A DNA stretch of 10,112 nucleotides from Candidatus Heimdallarchaeota archaeon. GTDB lineage: Archaea; Asgardarchaeota; Heimdallarchaeia; Heimdallarchaeales; Kariarchaeaceae. Of this stretch, positions 7,544 to 10,112 are shown piece by piece. The DNA lies in contig WAKA01000228.1 of the NCBI GenBank assembly GCA_015523565.1, forward strand, positions 1 to 10,112, read 5' to 3'. The position numbers and the translations under genes were made by a program. Every line of letters starts with the position of its first letter. Position 1 is the first letter of the stretch. Below the pieces are notes generated by a model. It did not search any database. It was not told where the DNA came from and saw only the letters and a program-made list of their open reading frames with translations.

Positions 7544-7810
7544 ATGAGCGCAGTAGCCCCTCCCCTAGTAACAAAAACCGAAACCAAGCCTGTAGACTTC
7601 CCTGGTCTTTTTGAAATATTCTGTGAAAACAAATTCGGCCATTGGGACCTTTACAAGAAAAGCAATGAGTTTAACAAGATCATGTCACAAAAAGACAAGT
7701 TCGGCAATCTGATTTTCCACGATCTTGTCGATTTTGTTTCCAAAGTTGAAGGAATTCCTGTCAAGGACATATTGAAACAATTCAGTGATTTCGTCAACAC
7801 CTATTACTGA
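7544..7810 (+). CDS. Small (~88 aa) helical hypothetical protein, resembles the N-terminal subdomain of H-NOX/HNOB
   Basis: TTTATAAA at 7514-7521 lies inside the longer ORF call and 30 nt before ATG 7544. The protein has amphipathic helices FEIFCENKFG and DLVDFVSKVEGIPVKDILKQFSDF. Confidence 0.7.
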   Translation: MSAVAPPLVTKTETKPVDFPGLFEIFCENKFGHWDLYKKSNEFNKIMSQKDKFGNLIFHDLVDFVSKVEGIPVKDILKQFSDFVNTYY

Positions 7811-7909
7811 GATTATAGTAATTTTACATACCACAAGGATAAGGCAAAATATACATTTTAGAACAAAATACCGATTTTCCATACAATGATGTGATCTTTA
7901 TCTTAGTTA

Positions 7910-7920
7910 TTAAATATAAA
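7910..7920 (+). promoter_or_regulatory. TATA-like box for htpG
   Basis: TTAAATATAAA starts 30 nt before ATG 7940. Confidence 0.5.
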
Positions 7921-7939
7921 ATTGTTCAATTGTAAACCG

Positions 7940-9892
7940 ATGACGACTCAAATAGAAACCATCCAATTCAAGACTGATGTAAAAAGAGTGTTGGACATTA
8001 TTATCCGTTCACTTTACCAACACAAGGAAGTATTCCTAAGGGAATTGATCTCCAATGCTTCTGATGCTTTAAGTAAAGTCAAGATCAAGACATTGACTAA
8101 TGAGGAAGTTTATCAGAAAAATATAGAACTTAAAATCGAATTGATTCCCAATTCCAATGACAAGACCCTTATCATCAAGGATACTGGCATTGGAATGACA
8201 AAAGAAGAGTTGATTGAAAATTTAGGGACCATTGCGAAATCAGGTACCCTAGAATTTTTGGAGAAAATTGAAAAACTTGAAGATAAGGCGGAATTAATTG
8301 GACAATTCGGAGTAGGATTTTATTCCGCTTTTCTTGTCGCAGACAAGGTAACTGTAAGAACGAGATCATATTTGCCAGATGCACAGGCTTGGGAATGGGA
8401 ATCCGACGGTGTTGAAAATTTCTCAATGCATCAAATTGATAAGGAGGATCGAGGAACAGAAGTCATTCTCCATCTAAAAGAAGGTGAAGATGAATTCTTG
8501 AGACCGTACAAGTTAAGGGAACTTGTCAAGAAATATTCTGATTTCGTTTCTTTCCCGATTTATTTGATTGAAGAAGAGGAGGAAAAGGAAGAAAAGGAGG
8601 AAAAAGAAGAGAAAGAAGGGGAAGAACAAGAGGAAAAAGACAAAGAAGAGAAAAAACCAGAAATTTTGAATTCTATGGAAGCAATTTGGAGAAAGGATCC
8701 AAAAGAGGTCTCTGATGAACAGTACCTTGAGTTCTATAGGCAAATATCTGGAAAGTGGGACGAACCTTTCGTCAAAGTGCATCTTCGAGTGGAATCCCCA
8801 CTTGAATTCTTTTCCATCCTTTATGTTCCTGCCACAAAAACCTCAACTGTTTTTATTCCTGAAGCAGAATGGGGATTGAAACTTTACAGCAAGAAGATTC
8901 TGATACAAGAGCATAATAAAGATCTTTTACCAGAATATCTCCGATTTATTGTTGGTGTAGTAGACAGCGAGGACTTGCCCCTGAATGTGTCAAGAGAAGT
9001 TGTTCAAAGTGGCAGAATACTTCGAAACATAAAGAATTATCTTGAAAAGAAATTGATAGAGGAATTTGAAAAACTGGCAAAGGAAGACAAAGAAAAATAC
9101 ATGATGTTTTATCGAGAGTACAGTGCCCTCCTGAAAGAAGGTATTGCACAACAATCAAAATATAAAGACAAACTTATACAACTTCTGAGATTTTATTCCA
9201 CTGATGACAGCGTAGACGGTCGAACTGGTGGAGTTAGTTTGGATGACTACTTGATCAGGATGAAACCGAAGCAAGAGGAAATTTATTATTTGCTTGGAAA
9301 CGAAATCGATGTGATCAGGAACAGTCCCCATCTTGAATATTACAAGAAAGAGGGTTATGAAGTTCTTCTTTTGCCAGAACCAATTGATAATTTCCTCATG
9401 ATGCACTTACGAGAATATGAAGGAAAGAAATTTGTGAATATTGATAGGGAAGAGGAAATTTCAGAAGAAAAGGGTGATGAAGAAAAAGAAAAGGAAAAAG
9501 GTGAGGCAAAGGGGGCACATGAGGAATTGATACAGAAATTCAAGGATGTGCTTGGTGATAGGGTCAAGGATGTCAAAACCTCAGAAAGACTTGTCACCTC
9601 TCCGGCAAGATTGGTCACTCCGAAAGAAGGCCTGGATTCTGGACTGCAAAGGGCATTTCATCTGATGCAGGGACCAATGGCAAACAAATCAACTGATGAA
9701 TTGTTTAAAGATCGTATCTTGCAAATCAACCCTAAAAACGAAATTATCAAGAAACTAGAATCAAATCTAGAAGATGAAAAGGTTCCCTATCTAATCAAAC
9801 AGATTTATTTTGATGCAATCATGGCTGAGGGAGAAGTCCCAGAGTTAAAAGAATTAGTTGAAAACATCGAGGGCATTCTAGAAAGAATTTGA
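7940..9892 (+). CDS. htpG: Molecular chaperone HtpG / Hsp90
   Basis: SLYQHKEVFLRELISNASDA, IKDTGIGMT, NLGTIAKSGT, IGQFGVGFYSAFLVAD, RGT, LLPEYLRFIVGVVDSEDLPLNVSRE, SPHLE. ATG 7940 is preferred over TTG 7922 because of the TATA-like box at 7910-7917. Confidence 0.97.
   Translation: MTTQIETIQFKTDVKRVLDIIIRSLYQHKEVFLRELISNASDALSKVKIKTLTNEEVYQKNIELKIELIPNSNDKTLIIKDTGIGMTKEELIENLGTIAKSGTLEFLEKIEKLEDKAELIGQFGVGFYSAFLVADKVTVRTRSYLPDAQAWEWESDGVENFSMHQIDKEDRGTEVILHLKEGEDEFLRPYKLRELVKKYSDFVSFPIYLIEEEEEKEEKEEKEEKEGEEQEEKDKEEKKPEILNSMEAIWRKDPKEVSDEQYLEFYRQISGKWDEPFVKVHLRVESPLEFFSILYVPATKTSTVFIPEAEWGLKLYSKKILIQEHNKDLLPEYLRFIVGVVDSEDLPLNVSREVVQSGRILRNIKNYLEKKLIEEFEKLAKEDKEKYMMFYREYSALLKEGIAQQSKYKDKLIQLLRFYSTDDSVDGRTGGVSLDDYLIRMKPKQEEIYYLLGNEIDVIRNSPHLEYYKKEGYEVLLLPEPIDNFLMMHLREYEGKKFVNIDREEEISEEKGDEEKEKEKGEAKGAHEELIQKFKDVLGDRVKDVKTSERLVTSPARLVTPKEGLDSGLQRAFHLMQGPMANKSTDELFKDRILQINPKNEIIKKLESNLEDEKVPYLIKQIYFDAIMAEGEVPELKELVENIEGILERI
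8570..8656 (+). repeat. Purine-rich low-complexity tract encoding the (EEK)n charged linker of Hsp90
   Basis: 87 nt, almost entirely A/G, encoding EEEEEKEEKEEKEEKEGEEQEEKDKEEKK with an imperfect 9-nt period. Confidence 0.85.
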
Positions 9893-10034
9893 ATTGAAAT
9901 TCAAAAAAGACCAAATAATTAAACGTTGTTCACTTAAAATTGTCATAAAAACAAATTCCGAGAATTTTAAAGATATTTTCCTTCAAATTTGAAATTACAA
10001 TTTTATCGTTAAGCAGGATATAGTTTGAGCTATA

Positions 10035-10112
10035 ATGGATTACCTTTTTAACAGAGAATTGACTTTTAGTTTAGTGCCTGAGGAATTTGCCTGGTTTAGC
10101 ATACAAACAGAT
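10035..10112 (+). CDS. Probable 5' end of a gene running off the window (MDYLFNRELTFSLVPEEFAWFSIQTD...)
   Basis: ATG at 10035, open for 26 codons to the window edge, with a weak TATA-like TTTTATCG at 10001-10008. Confidence 0.4.
   Translation, partial: MDYLFNRELTFSLVPEEFAWFSIQTD

Noticed and set aside
7811-7939. CIRCE or sigma-32 heat-shock element upstream of htpG
   Set aside because: No TTAGCACTC-N9-GAGTGCTAA and no CTTGAA/CCCCAT pair is present.
8513-8782. Phe/Leu-rich minus-strand ORF that looks like a membrane peptide (also 1497-1694 on +)
   Set aside because: It is simply the reverse complement of GAA/AAA-rich charged-linker codons.
9930-10112. Minus-strand reading (...KIVISNLKENIFKILGI...) vaguely like a transposase C-terminus
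   Set aside because: It is interrupted by a stop, has no terminal inverted repeat or catalytic motif, and the plus-strand ATG ORF explains the region at least as well.

Overview
AT-rich (roughly 35-38% GC by eye), gene-dense window that reads as archaeal. TATA-like boxes sit about 26-30 nt before most start codons, there is a GGTGA Shine-Dalgarno, and a glycosylatable binding protein carries a C-terminal TM+basic anchor. Together with an Hsp90/HtpG and a gelsolin-like ORF, this suggests an Asgard (Heimdallarchaeia-like) source; that assignment is inference. Gene order: a catalytic-domain-only PLP Thr/Ser dehydratase (+); on the minus strand, a P-loop 'cDPG-synthetase-like GTPase' closely resembling the energy-conserving arginine synthetase ArcE, a polar amino-acid ABC transporter (permease, ATPase, binding protein), a lone imidazolonepropionase hutI, and a 318-aa hypothetical with a possible gelsolin-like N-terminus; then, divergently, an ~88-aa protein resembling the N-terminal half of an H-NOX domain, htpG/Hsp90 with a long eukaryote-like charged linker, and the probable start of one more gene. 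No rRNA, tRNA, CRISPR array or mobile element was recognised.
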